NCBI GenBank assembly: GCA_035393325.1 | Contig: DAOOXC010000002.1 | Span: forward strand, 9,650-73,649 | Origin: Methylotenera sp. | GTDB lineage: Bacteria; Pseudomonadota; Gammaproteobacteria; Burkholderiales; Methylophilaceae | Length of the DNA: 64,000 nucleotides | Direction of reading: 5' to 3' | Part shown: positions 29,535 to 39,196 of the stretch, one piece after another | Layout of the letters: each line of letters starts with the position of its first letter | Position numbering within the stretch: position 1 is the first letter of the stretch | Notes under the pieces: model-generated | The model's input: only the letters and a program-made list of their open reading frames with translations | The model's database searches: none | What the model was told of the DNA's origin: nothing | Made by a program: the position numbers and the translations under genes

Positions 29535-30812
29535 TTAGGTGACTTTCAGTTGATGAAGCGGCAAGAGCACGGTTGTGATAACGCCACCATCGGCATGGTT
29601 TGTCAAGTTAAGCGTGCCATCATAACGTGCGAGAATACTTTGTGTTAAAAAAACGCCCAAGCCCAGCCCTTGTTTTTCATCCGCCAGTTTTGAGCTAAAA
29701 AACGGCTTACCAAGCTGCTGTTTAACTTCTTGGCTGAGGCCTTTGCCAAAATCGCGAATTTGAAGTGAGAGTTTTTTTTCATCCCAATGCGCGTCAAAAA
29801 TGATGCGTTCAGGAGATTCATCAGCGGCATTATCCAGCAAATTGAGTAAGGCTTGGGTGAGCGTCACGTCAGAAAAGATGGCTGGGTTATATGCATTTTC
29901 TGCCATGTTTACCACTAACTCTGTGGCAGGACGAGTATCGCGCCAGCGCTGTATGGCGCTATTTAAAAATGCACGCAACAGTTGACCTTGTCCAGCATCA
30001 GCGCGGGTTTTGCCAGCATTTTCAGTGATAGAAGATAGTATTTCTTTGCAGCGCGTAATTTGTGTACGCATAATGTTGAGCTGCGCGAGTGCTTCAGGTT
30101 GCTGCGCCAACTCTTGCGAGAGTTCTTTGTTAATGACCGCCATGGTGGCAAGCGGTGTGCCTAACTCATGAGCAGCGCTGGCAGCTAGGGTGCCAAGTGC
30201 TAACATGCGTTCACTTTCAAGCGCTTTTTCACGGACTTGCGCCATTTTTTGGTCGTAATCACGCAAATTTTGACCAATGCGCGCAATAATGACTGCCACA
30301 ATGATGGCACTAATCACAAAGCCCAACCACATGCCCACGAGGTGAATATCAAGCCTTGTTTCGTTGTTCATGTGCATGTGTAGGTGTGAAAGAGGCTTAT
30401 GAAAAAATATAAGCAAGGTATAACTGGCGATGCTAAGGGCTGCCACCAACCACGTATAAGTCGCACGCAACGCTACAGCAGCCACGGTAATGGGCAACAG
30501 AAACATCCAAATAAAAGGGTTGCTGTAACCGCCACTAAAATAAAAAATCAAGGCAAAAACGCCAATGTCTGCGACTAACTGCAAAAGTATTTCAAGCTGT
30601 GATGGCTGATTAGTGCCGTACAAACGCCACCATGCCACCATGCTAAATAAGCCTAATAACACAATGCTCAGCGACAGTGGAAATAAATTCAGCGGAATAT
30701 TTGCAACGCTCAGGCCGAACATGACTAATATCAGACAAAGCATCACCACGCCACGCAGCATGATTAAACGCTGCATGTTTTGGCGATTTGCACTTGATAG
30801 TTGATTTGACAT
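29535..30812 (-). CDS. regB: redox sensor histidine kinase, RegB/PrrB/ActS family
   Basis: Six TM helices containing GGYSNPF (the RegB GGxxNPF quinone-site motif), H-box AAHELGTPL and a conserved Cys in QITRCKEIL. ATG at 30812 preferred over TTG at 30821. Confidence 0.8.
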   Translation of the reverse strand: MSNQLSSANRQNMQRLIMLRGVVMLCLILVMFGLSVANIPLNLFPLSLSIVLLGLFSMVAWWRLYGTNQPSQLEILLQLVADIGVFALIFYFSGGYSNPFIWMFLLPITVAAVALRATYTWLVAALSIASYTLLIFFHKPLSHLHMHMNNETRLDIHLVGMWLGFVISAIIVAVIIARIGQNLRDYDQKMAQVREKALESERMLALGTLAASAAHELGTPLATMAVINKELSQELAQQPEALAQLNIMRTQITRCKEILSSITENAGKTRADAGQGQLLRAFLNSAIQRWRDTRPATELVVNMAENAYNPAIFSDVTLTQALLNLLDNAADESPERIIFDAHWDEKKLSLQIRDFGKGLSQEVKQQLGKPFFSSKLADEKQGLGLGVFLTQSILARYDGTLNLTNHADGGVITTVLLPLHQLKVT

Positions 30813-30884
30813 GGTTAGCAAAATAATTTTTTAACGAAAAACAACCCAAGCATCATTATAAGGCTTTACTAAAAATATTGCCCT

Positions 30885-30914
30885 GCGACAAATTGTCGCG
30901 CGACAACGTGTCAC
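30885..30914. promoter_or_regulatory. two adjacent RegA/RegR-box-like palindromes in the regB / receptor divergent region
   Basis: GCGACAA-A-TTGTCGC (perfect 7-1-7 palindrome, 30885-30899), followed directly by GCGACAACGTGTCAC (30900-30914, imperfect). Confidence 0.4.
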
Positions 30915-30980
30915 ATTCCGTTCAAATCTTTTTATCACTACAATCATGCCATTAAAAAAATAAGCACTCAAATAATAGGG

Positions 30981-33428
30981 ATGAAGAATATGAAAAAAAT
31001 AGCATTCGCAGTCTATTTAGTTTGTCATAGTGGCATGTTAATGGCGGAGGAGACTGTACAAGAATATGCGCCTGAACAAGTGGAAGCTCGTGTAGAAGAA
31101 CCCACTGAAACCGAGTTAAAACCTGTGCAAATCCGCGCAAAATCGGTTGAGTTGCCTGCAGTGCCAGCCCACACGCCAACCACGACCGAGGGCATCACTG
31201 CAAAAAAAATCGCTGAAAGTGTTAATTCGGTTTCATCTGCAAGTGCATTGTTGTATTTGCCGAGCGTGCATGTACGTGAGCGCTTTATTGGTGACGTGAA
31301 TGGTGGTTTAGCGATTCGTAGCTACGGTGTTAATTCTAGTGCAGACACCATTGTTTATGCCGATGGCCTTTTACTCTCAAGTTTACTCAATAACAGTTGT
31401 TGCCCAGGTCCGCGTTGGGGCATGGTTTCGCAAAGTGCTATTGACCGTGTTGATGTGTTGTATGGCCCTTTTTCTGCACTCTATCCAGGCAACTCAATTG
31501 GCGGCGTGGTGTTGATGACAACGCACATGCCTGATCAATTTATGGCGCGGGCAAAATTAAATGCTTTTACGCAAAATTACGAGCTATATGGCACGGATAA
31601 AAATTATACGGGTGTGCACGGTGCTGGAGAGATTGGCAACAAAGTAGGTGATTTTTCATTTTGGTTAAGTGCAGATCACCTAGATAACCATGCCCACCCA
31701 ACAGATTACACCCCAGCAAGTGCTAAAACCGGTGCGGCTGCGGCGGCTGGGCAGTTTACGATAGTGACGGGTGCGCACTATGATAGAGGCATAGACGGAA
31801 AACAAAGAGTGACTACCGCAGAAATTAGTGCCGACCACACGGTAAAAGATGACGTAACCCTTAAGCTAGGATATGATTTTACTCCCACATTACATGGCAC
31901 CTATACTTTTAATATTTGGCAAAACGACTCTGACAAAAAAAGTGACACTTACTTAAAAGATGCCGCTGGCAACAAAATTTACGGCACTAGTACAACCGCA
32001 GGCCCATATAGATATGTACGTATTGATGGTAAAGATTACTCGGTCACTGCTCCCTATGTTAGTCATGGTGAAAGCCTGTATCACATGCACGGCTTATCTT
32101 TAAAAACGGATACAGGTAAAACTTGGGATTGGTCGTTGAATGCTAGCTACTTTAACCAAAATAAAGATGTTGTGAGGCAGTCATCTGGTAATTTTGGTAC
32201 AACTGCTGGTGGCGCTGCTACAGCAGGCACGATTACCTATGGCGATGATACTGGCTGGCATAATCTTGATTTGAGGGGTGAGTTTCGCCTAGGCGGAGAT
32301 TTAAAAAGTGCGCATCAATTGAGTTTTGGGTTTCACTCAGATACATATAAGCTAAAATCTGATCAATACAAATTAGGTGCTGGAAACTGGAAAGATAGTG
32401 ATGCTGGCGTGTTAAATACCCGTTCAAGAGGTGAGACATCAACAGATGCTATTTATGTTCAAGATGCTTGGCAACTAACCCCTGAGTTGAAATTGGTGCT
32501 GGGTGGTCGTGAAGAGCGTTGGGAAGCGACCAACGGCAGTAACTACGCAAATGGTAAAAATGTAAGCTATCAAGACAAAACGCTATATAAATTTTCGCCT
32601 AAAGCTTCCATTTCATTTCAAGCTACAGATGAATGGATGCTAAAAGGCTCTTACGGTCGCGGTGTACGCTTTCCAACAGTAGGGGAGTTATTTAAAAATG
32701 TAGGTATTACTAAAGTTGGTGGTGGCACGCCAACAGCGGCTGAAATTGCAGCATTTCCTGCGCCGTACAATGTGGCACTGACCAATAACCCAAACCTTAA
32801 ACCTGAAATTGGCGATGCTTGGGAGTTCGTGGTAGAGCGTTTGTTGCAAAATGGCACGTGGCGCACTTCATTGTTTGGTGAAGAAAAAAGAGATGCGCTT
32901 GTTTCGCAAAGCGATATTACAACATTACCAGGCTACAGCATCAGTAGTGTTCAGAATATCGATAAAGTCCGTACCTATGGATTAGAAACAGCATTGCAGT
33001 CAAATGATATGTTCATTAACGGTTTAGATATTTCTGGTAGCGTGGCTTATATTCATACGCGTATAGTCAAGGATGATGCAGACCCAAGGCTAGAAGGTTC
33101 GCAGTTGCCGCTTATTCCTATCTGGCGCGCAACGTTGTTGGGCACTTACCATGCGACAGACAAGCTTTCTTATAGCTTAGGTTGGCGTTATAGTGGTAGG
33201 CAACATAGTGGTTTGATTAACCCAGCAACACAACAATACCCTGACTCGCACCCGAATACTTACGGTGGACGCAGTAGTTTCAGCGTATTTGATGCAAAAA
33301 TGCGGTATCAATTTGCCGACCGCTGGTCAGCTTCTTTGGGTATTGATAATATTACCAATGAAAAATATTATACTTTGTACCCCTACTCACAACGCACATT
33401 CTTTGCAGGTGCTAGCTTCGATTACTAG
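30981..33428 (+). CDS. TonB-dependent outer-membrane receptor
   Basis: Signal peptide, plug motifs (VDVLYGPFSALYPGNSIGGVV), a long barrel and the terminal aromatic motif ...FFAGASFDY. Confidence 0.85.
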   Translation: MKNMKKIAFAVYLVCHSGMLMAEETVQEYAPEQVEARVEEPTETELKPVQIRAKSVELPAVPAHTPTTTEGITAKKIAESVNSVSSASALLYLPSVHVRERFIGDVNGGLAIRSYGVNSSADTIVYADGLLLSSLLNNSCCPGPRWGMVSQSAIDRVDVLYGPFSALYPGNSIGGVVLMTTHMPDQFMARAKLNAFTQNYELYGTDKNYTGVHGAGEIGNKVGDFSFWLSADHLDNHAHPTDYTPASAKTGAAAAAGQFTIVTGAHYDRGIDGKQRVTTAEISADHTVKDDVTLKLGYDFTPTLHGTYTFNIWQNDSDKKSDTYLKDAAGNKIYGTSTTAGPYRYVRIDGKDYSVTAPYVSHGESLYHMHGLSLKTDTGKTWDWSLNASYFNQNKDVVRQSSGNFGTTAGGAATAGTITYGDDTGWHNLDLRGEFRLGGDLKSAHQLSFGFHSDTYKLKSDQYKLGAGNWKDSDAGVLNTRSRGETSTDAIYVQDAWQLTPELKLVLGGREERWEATNGSNYANGKNVSYQDKTLYKFSPKASISFQATDEWMLKGSYGRGVRFPTVGELFKNVGITKVGGGTPTAAEIAAFPAPYNVALTNNPNLKPEIGDAWEFVVERLLQNGTWRTSLFGEEKRDALVSQSDITTLPGYSISSVQNIDKVRTYGLETALQSNDMFINGLDISGSVAYIHTRIVKDDADPRLEGSQLPLIPIWRATLLGTYHATDKLSYSLGWRYSGRQHSGLINPATQQYPDSHPNTYGGRSSFSVFDAKMRYQFADRWSASLGIDNITNEKYYTLYPYSQRTFFAGASFDY

Positions 33429-33467
33429 ATTGATTATCAGTAGCACATTTTTTAGAAATTTTACTTA

Positions 33468-34829
33468 ATGGCATTAGAAAAACAAACGCCCCATCGCCAA
33501 TGGCCTGCTTACAACACCATTTGGCGTTGGCATTTTTATGCAGGTTTATTTTGCATCCCGTTTGTATTGGTGCTTGCCATTACGGGCGGCGTATATCTAT
33601 TTAAACCGCAAGTCACAGCAGCATTAGATGCGCCTTACACACAATTAACTTTTACAGGTGCGCCGCAAACTGCCCTTGCTCAAGTGAATGCGGCTTTGGC
33701 AGCCATGCCAACTGCTGAGTTTAGTGCGTATCAATTGCCTGAGACGCCGCATTCAGCAGTGCAAATATTGGTCGGTAAAAAAGAAAATTTAACACGTGTA
33801 TATGTACATCCGCAAACTTTGCAAATTTTAAATATTGCGCGTGAGGATGACAGGCTAATGCAAGTCATGCACGAGTTTCATGGCAATTTACTAATCGGCA
33901 ATTGGGGTTCTTACCTTGTTGAGTTGGCGGCCTCATGGGCAATAGTAATGTTACTTACAGGCGTGTATTTATGGTGGCCAAATAATGGCAAAAGTATGGC
34001 AGGCATTGTTTATCCTCGCTTAAGAAGTGGAAGCCAGCGGGTATTTTGGCGTGATTGTCATGCGGTAACTGGTTTTTGGATTGCATTTTTCACTTTATTT
34101 TTACTTTTATCTGGCTTGCCGTGGGCAAAATCTTGGGGTGGTTTGCTTAAAGAAGTGCGTAGTTTAAGTGCAGGTAAAGAAGTACAGCAAGACTGGGCGG
34201 TTGGACGCCCGCAAAGAAAAACAGCCGCAGATGACGAACATGCACATCACAATCACCATCATCACGAGGATATTATGATGTTTGATTATAGTGCTATTGA
34301 CCGTTTAGTAGGTACTGTTCAGCCTTTAAATTTAGCTTATCCTGTCCTTATTTACCCACCTTCAAAAAAAATGCCTGATTGGACAGCCAAATCTAAAGCG
34401 CAAAATCGCCCCTTGCGGGTTGATATGGTACTTGATGCCAGCACAGGTAATATAAAATCAAGAAAAAACTTTGCGGATAGACCGCTATTAGACCGTATTA
34501 TTGGCTATGGCATAGCCATACATGAAGGGCAATTATTCGGCTGGTTTAACCAATTATTAGGACTACTCACCGCGTTAGGCTTGGTACTAATCTCTGTGAG
34601 TGGTGTGATTTTATGGTGGCGTAGACGAACCCCTAGCACGCTAGGTGCACCTGCTAGCCGAAAACAATTGGGTGAACCAACCCGATATTCGCAAGTCTTA
34701 ATTTCACTCATTTTATTGCTTGGAATTTTGTTGCCGTTTTTGGGTATTTCACTGATAGCGGTGTTGCTTATGGAGCGCTATGTGTTGCGCCATATTCGTT
34801 CTGCTAGAAGTTTTCTAGGGTTAAGTTAG
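33468..34829 (+). CDS. PepSY-associated TM-helix protein (PiuB-like iron-regulated membrane protein) with a His-rich loop
   Basis: WRWHFYAGLFCIPFVLVLAITG, HEGQLFGW and four TM helices. The loop reads DDEHAHHNHHHHED. Confidence 0.8.
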   Translation: MALEKQTPHRQWPAYNTIWRWHFYAGLFCIPFVLVLAITGGVYLFKPQVTAALDAPYTQLTFTGAPQTALAQVNAALAAMPTAEFSAYQLPETPHSAVQILVGKKENLTRVYVHPQTLQILNIAREDDRLMQVMHEFHGNLLIGNWGSYLVELAASWAIVMLLTGVYLWWPNNGKSMAGIVYPRLRSGSQRVFWRDCHAVTGFWIAFFTLFLLLSGLPWAKSWGGLLKEVRSLSAGKEVQQDWAVGRPQRKTAADDEHAHHNHHHHEDIMMFDYSAIDRLVGTVQPLNLAYPVLIYPPSKKMPDWTAKSKAQNRPLRVDMVLDASTGNIKSRKNFADRPLLDRIIGYGIAIHEGQLFGWFNQLLGLLTALGLVLISVSGVILWWRRRTPSTLGAPASRKQLGEPTRYSQVLISLILLLGILLPFLGISLIAVLLMERYVLRHIRSARSFLGLS

Positions 34830-34848
34830 GTGGCAGTGTTTGAAAAAA

Positions 34849-36957
34849 ATGTGGTTGAAACAATATTTGGAACTGTTACCCATTTGGCTCATTATGTTTT
34901 CCGCCAATGCCGCTCAAGCTGAAGAAGCCATTGAGTTGGAAACAATCAAAATCACAGGTCAACAAGATGATGTTTCAGCGCGTAGTGATGCTGCCACGCA
35001 GAAGGTCATTGTTGACAGAAAAGAGATTGAAAGTTTAGGCGTGCAAACTGTTGGTGAAGTGTTAGGTAAATTGCCCGGCGTGGAAGTAAAAGGCGGTGGG
35101 CATCGTGCGCGTGGGATGTCGCGCGATTCAGTACAAATTTTAATTGATGGTGAACGACAAGTAGGTGGTGCAGGGGGTGCATTGTTTCGTTTGCCCGCTG
35201 AGCAGTTAGAGCGCGTGGAGATTTTGCGAGGTGCATCTGCTGAATATGGTGGTGCATCTGTGTTAACAGTTAATTTAGTGCTTAAAAAAGCACTATCTAA
35301 GCGATCTACAGACTTTAAATTAGGCTTAGGCGTGCGTGATGACGAGCCGAATGCACAGTTTTCTTGGACAGAAAATGGTGGCTCAAACAATTTTTCATGG
35401 AGTTTACCAATTTCGTTCAATTTGCATCATTCACCTGTAGATTCAAATATGGAGCGGCGTTACAGTACAAGTGGGGTGAATACTTTTTGGCAAAACGAGC
35501 AAACCAGCGGTACTTCTAAAATGGGTCATTACGCTTTCTCACCGCGCTTTACTTGGAGAAGTGAGCGTGACAGCTTAACAGTTTCGCCAATGTATTTTTA
35601 TGGCCCCAGCAATAATAAAAGCCGAACTAACATTACAGAATACACTAACCCAGCAGCTGGTTTAGGGTTAACTGATATTGGTGAACGAGATTCGCGTGAA
35701 TCTAGCACGCATCGCATGTGGCGTTTGCGGATAGAAGGTGAAAAGCATGTCAATAATGCCAAGTTATCTGGGCGCCTAGCGTTTAATGATGGTCGTAATC
35801 AGTCTGATGTCACGCGTGATGTTTACGATGCGGCCAACGTGCTGACCTCTTTTAAAGAAAGTACGCGCACGACCAATAAAGAGTTCAACACCGCAGCGCG
35901 AGTTGATAAAACATTTGGCAATCATTTACTTTCTACGGGTGCGGAATTTGTAAAAAATCGGCGTGAAGATAGCCAATTATTTGGCGGTGGTTTTGCTGCC
36001 ACAGGCAGTCACCGTGCGTCATCGCGCGATGGAATTTTATGGGTGCAAGATGACTGGACGCCGATAGACACCTTTACCCTTACCACTGGCTTACGTTTAG
36101 AAAATATGACGATAGCGGCTGAGGATGTTTCGCAACAACGGGTTGGTTTATTGCCCTCAATTGCCGCGCGCTGGCAACCAAATGATCAGTGGGTGCTACG
36201 AAGCTCATTAGGGGCGGGCATGAAAATGCCAAAATTGGATGAAATTAGTAACGCCACCACGCGTAGCGTGGCTGAAAACAACCCCGCCGAGGCCGATAAG
36301 CGCGGTAATGCTAATTTGCGTCCTGAACGCAATGTGAATTTTGAAGCGGCGCTAGAGCATTATCTGCCGCAAAAAGCAGGTGTGCTGGGGGTCAATGTTT
36401 ATGCGCGTGCTACCAGTGATTTTATTGAGCGACGTGTGCAACAAGAAGGTGTGCGCTGGGTCGACAGGCCTTATAACGAAGGCGATGCATTGCATTATGG
36501 CTTGGAGCTCGATGCTAAAGTGCGCATGGACAATTTTGGTTGGCAGGGGGCGACGTTAAAGTCACACCTCACTTTGCCATATGGGCGTGTGGATGATGAG
36601 CGTTTAGGTATAAAGCGCATGGCACGCGATACGCCGCGCTATGTACTGAGCATGGGGCTAGACCAAAGTTTACCTAAGTTAAATGCCAGTTACGGTATTT
36701 CGGCACAAATTTCGGGGCGCAGTGAAACGGATATTCCAAACGAGCAAAGTAGCTTTAGTGAATCCATCACCACGCTAGATGCTTATTGGCTGTATAAATT
36801 ATCGCCTACTTATAATCTGCGTTTGTCTGGGCGTAATTTATTGGCGGCAGACATACACAAACAAAACACGTTTACCCAAGGTTTAAATGACTGGCAATTA
36901 GTTTCCGACGATGACGGAAAACGTAGTTTGATGGTGACCTTAGAAGGACGTTGGTAG
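34849..36957 (+). CDS. TonB-dependent outer-membrane receptor
   Basis: Signal peptide ending ANAAQA, TonB-box-like ELETIKITG, plug (VEILRGASAEYGG) and barrel ending ...MVTLEGRW. A TTG at 34840 is an alternative start. Confidence 0.85.
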   Translation: MWLKQYLELLPIWLIMFSANAAQAEEAIELETIKITGQQDDVSARSDAATQKVIVDRKEIESLGVQTVGEVLGKLPGVEVKGGGHRARGMSRDSVQILIDGERQVGGAGGALFRLPAEQLERVEILRGASAEYGGASVLTVNLVLKKALSKRSTDFKLGLGVRDDEPNAQFSWTENGGSNNFSWSLPISFNLHHSPVDSNMERRYSTSGVNTFWQNEQTSGTSKMGHYAFSPRFTWRSERDSLTVSPMYFYGPSNNKSRTNITEYTNPAAGLGLTDIGERDSRESSTHRMWRLRIEGEKHVNNAKLSGRLAFNDGRNQSDVTRDVYDAANVLTSFKESTRTTNKEFNTAARVDKTFGNHLLSTGAEFVKNRREDSQLFGGGFAATGSHRASSRDGILWVQDDWTPIDTFTLTTGLRLENMTIAAEDVSQQRVGLLPSIAARWQPNDQWVLRSSLGAGMKMPKLDEISNATTRSVAENNPAEADKRGNANLRPERNVNFEAALEHYLPQKAGVLGVNVYARATSDFIERRVQQEGVRWVDRPYNEGDALHYGLELDAKVRMDNFGWQGATLKSHLTLPYGRVDDERLGIKRMARDTPRYVLSMGLDQSLPKLNASYGISAQISGRSETDIPNEQSSFSESITTLDAYWLYKLSPTYNLRLSGRNLLAADIHKQNTFTQGLNDWQLVSDDDGKRSLMVTLEGRW

Positions 36958-37007
36958 CAGAATTTGAGGCGCTGAAATTGAGTGTTTTTAGCCTGATTCT
37001 AGTTGAA

Positions 37008-37073
37008 CATCATTATCGATGCTCTGCAAGCCAGTATCCTTGCGGCTTCCAGAGCATCGAAAAATCCTCGCAG
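37008..37073 (+). repeat. REP-like hairpin repeat, copy 5 (forward orientation)
   Basis: CATCATTATCGATGCTCTGCAAGCC-AGTATCCTTGC-GGCTTCCAGAGCATCGAAAAATCCTCGCAG. 17-bp stem with one mismatch. It lies 51 nt after the receptor stop. Confidence 0.85.
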
Positions 37074-37142
37074 TAAATTAAGTGATTTATTTTAACAAAT
37101 ACGGTAACGAAAAATTAGACTGACAATTGGCTGGATTTGTGA

Positions 37143-37161
37143 GATAATGAGAACCATTATC
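37143..37161. promoter_or_regulatory. Fur box upstream of tonB-exbB-exbD
   Basis: GATAATGAGAACCATTATC matches the consensus GATAATGATAATCATTATC at 17 of 19 positions. Confidence 0.6.
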
Positions 37162-37324
37162 ATTATTGGCTGGTGAAGCTGACAGCCAAAATAATGCAAA
37201 TTTAAAGCGTCAGATTGCTTACAATCACAGGTAACAAAAGGTTATATGGTATATTTGCCAGTTTTGAATGGTGGCGATTAGCTTAAATGTGCCAACGCAA
37301 TATTTTAGTTGAAAGTTTTAGGTG

Positions 37325-38017
37325 ATGAACGAGAACGTAATAGAAAATCGTGCTGGTAAAGTCGTAGGCTTGCTATTCGTTTTAGCCATTCATCTTGGTT
37401 TGCTTTACTTGGCGATGAGCTATAAACTCATTCCGCCACCACAAGAAGCGTTGGTGATGATGGTGGATTTGATTAACCCGCCTAAAAAAGAAGAGCCACC
37501 ACCACCGCCAGAGCCACCCAAGCCTGAGCCACCTAAAGAAGTGAAATTGGTAAAAGAAAAACCGATTAAGCCAAAACCAGAGCCAAAACCTATTTTGGCG
37601 GTAGAAGCGCCAGCTGAAACGCCGACAGAGTTTGTGGTGGAAAAGCAGCCTGAACCTGAGCCTATTAAAGAAGAGCCACCTGCGCCCGAGCCTGAGCCGC
37701 CAGCTGCACCAGAGCCAGTTAAACCTGCCGCACCTGTGCAAATGTCTGAGTTGTCAGTTGCTTGTTCAAGCCGGCCAGAACCCAATTACCCTCCTGCTTC
37801 GCGCCGTATGGGCGAGCAAGGACAAGTAAAGTTACGCGTGGAATTGGATGAGTCAGGTAAAATTACGTCTGTTAAAGTGGTTGAAAGTTCTGGGTTTTCA
37901 CGCTTGGATAATGCTGGTGTAGCAACCGTTAAAAACTGGCGCTGTGAAGCAGCAACACGCGATGGTCAACCCGCGCGTGCAATAGCAACGCAAGTGTTTG
38001 ATTTTAAATTAGAATAA
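37325..38017 (+). CDS. tonB: energy transducer TonB
   Basis: N-terminal TM anchor, a Pro/Glu/Lys-rich spacer (EEPPPPPEPPKPEPPKE...) and a C-terminal TonB domain (YPPASRRMGEQGQVKLRVELDESGKITSVKVVESSG). Confidence 0.85.
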   Translation: MNENVIENRAGKVVGLLFVLAIHLGLLYLAMSYKLIPPPQEALVMMVDLINPPKKEEPPPPPEPPKPEPPKEVKLVKEKPIKPKPEPKPILAVEAPAETPTEFVVEKQPEPEPIKEEPPAPEPEPPAAPEPVKPAAPVQMSELSVACSSRPEPNYPPASRRMGEQGQVKLRVELDESGKITSVKVVESSGFSRLDNAGVATVKNWRCEAATRDGQPARAIATQVFDFKLE

Positions 38018-38037
38018 TTTATAGAGGAAAAATTGAT

Positions 38038-38769
38038 ATGGCAACAGCAGCAGTCGCATCACAACAATTAGGCTTTGCAAATTTTATTGCAAATGTGGAC
38101 ACCGTAGGCAAAGTGGTTTTATTTTTCTTGCTAGTGCTTTCAATTGCGAGTTGGTATTTAATTTTTACCAAAGCGTTTGCCAATTGGCTAGAAGCCAAAA
38201 GGGCTAAAGCTTTTTTGGCTCAGTTTAGAAACTTCGACTCACTCGCTCAGCTCAACAGCCTATTAAATCAAAGTAAACCCAATAACGCCTTTTCAAATTT
38301 AGCCGCTGAAGGTCTAGATGCACTCAGAAATGCTGGCAGTTTTGGCGCACAAAAAATTGCGGTCGCTGGCGGCATATCAGAATTTATGACGCGTGCGATT
38401 CGCAACGGCATCGACCAAGAATCTGCCCGCAGTGAAAACGGCCTAACAGTATTAGCCTCTGCGGGTTCAGCTTCGCCTTATATTGGTTTATTTGGTACCG
38501 TATGGGCTATTTATCACGCACTGGTGAATATTGGTTTAAGTGGTCAAGGCACGCTAGATAAAGTGGCCGGCCCAGTGGGCGAAGCCCTCATTATGACCGC
38601 CATTGGCCTAGCAGTGGCGATTCCAGCAGTGTTTGCTTATAACGCATTTAACCGCCGCAACCGTATGTGGTTAGCCAAGTTAGATGCTTTTGCGCATGAT
38701 TTATTTGTGATGCTCACGGTGAGCAATAGCGAAAACAACCCAACAAAACCAACAGGAAACGCATCATGA
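38038..38769 (+). CDS. exbB: MotA/TolQ/ExbB proton-channel protein
   Basis: ASASPYIGLFGTVWAIYHAL...GPVGEALIMTAIGLAVAIPAVFAYN. Confidence 0.9.
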   Translation: MATAAVASQQLGFANFIANVDTVGKVVLFFLLVLSIASWYLIFTKAFANWLEAKRAKAFLAQFRNFDSLAQLNSLLNQSKPNNAFSNLAAEGLDALRNAGSFGAQKIAVAGGISEFMTRAIRNGIDQESARSENGLTVLASAGSASPYIGLFGTVWAIYHALVNIGLSGQGTLDKVAGPVGEALIMTAIGLAVAIPAVFAYNAFNRRNRMWLAKLDAFAHDLFVMLTVSNSENNPTKPTGNAS

Positions 38770-39185
38770 GTTTCGGCAGCTTTAATGCAAACCAACCGCA
38801 AGCCAAGGCAGAAATCAATGTCGTTCCCTTAGTGGACGTGATGCTGGTGCTATTGGTGATTTTTATTATCACAGCACCGTTGCTTACACACTCGGTTAAA
38901 ATTGATTTACCTAAAGAATCTAACACGCCCAATATTACCAAACCTGACCACGTTGAACTGGCGATACGGGAAGACGGAACACTGTTTTGGAATGGTGAAC
39001 TGGTGCCAAAAGAGTCACTGGCTGCGCGCTTTGAATTAGAAGCAAAAAAAGACCCACAACCGGAACTACATATTAAAGCAGATGGGACATCGCAATATAA
39101 AAACGTGGCGCATGTGATGTCCGTTGCGCAAAATGCTAAGTTGACTAAGATTGGCTTTGTGACAGACCCTACCGCAACCCAATAA
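38766..39185 (+). CDS. exbD: biopolymer transport protein ExbD/TolR
   Basis: EINVVPLVDVMLVLLVIFIITAP. ATGA overlap with exbB. Confidence 0.9.
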   Translation: MSFGSFNANQPQAKAEINVVPLVDVMLVLLVIFIITAPLLTHSVKIDLPKESNTPNITKPDHVELAIREDGTLFWNGELVPKESLAARFELEAKKDPQPELHIKADGTSQYKNVAHVMSVAQNAKLTKIGFVTDPTATQ

Positions 39186-39196
39186 CAGAGTTTTAG

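Noticed and set aside
30932-30952. Possible Fur box (TTATCACTACAATCATGCCAT) upstream of the first TonB-dependent receptor
   Set aside because: Only about half of the positions fit GATAATGATAATCATTATC, and the dyad symmetry is poor. This is too weak to call.
37382-37785. Two ~120-aa minus-strand ORFs within tonB
   Set aside because: They are antisense to the Pro/Glu/Lys-rich spacer of TonB, a compositional artefact.
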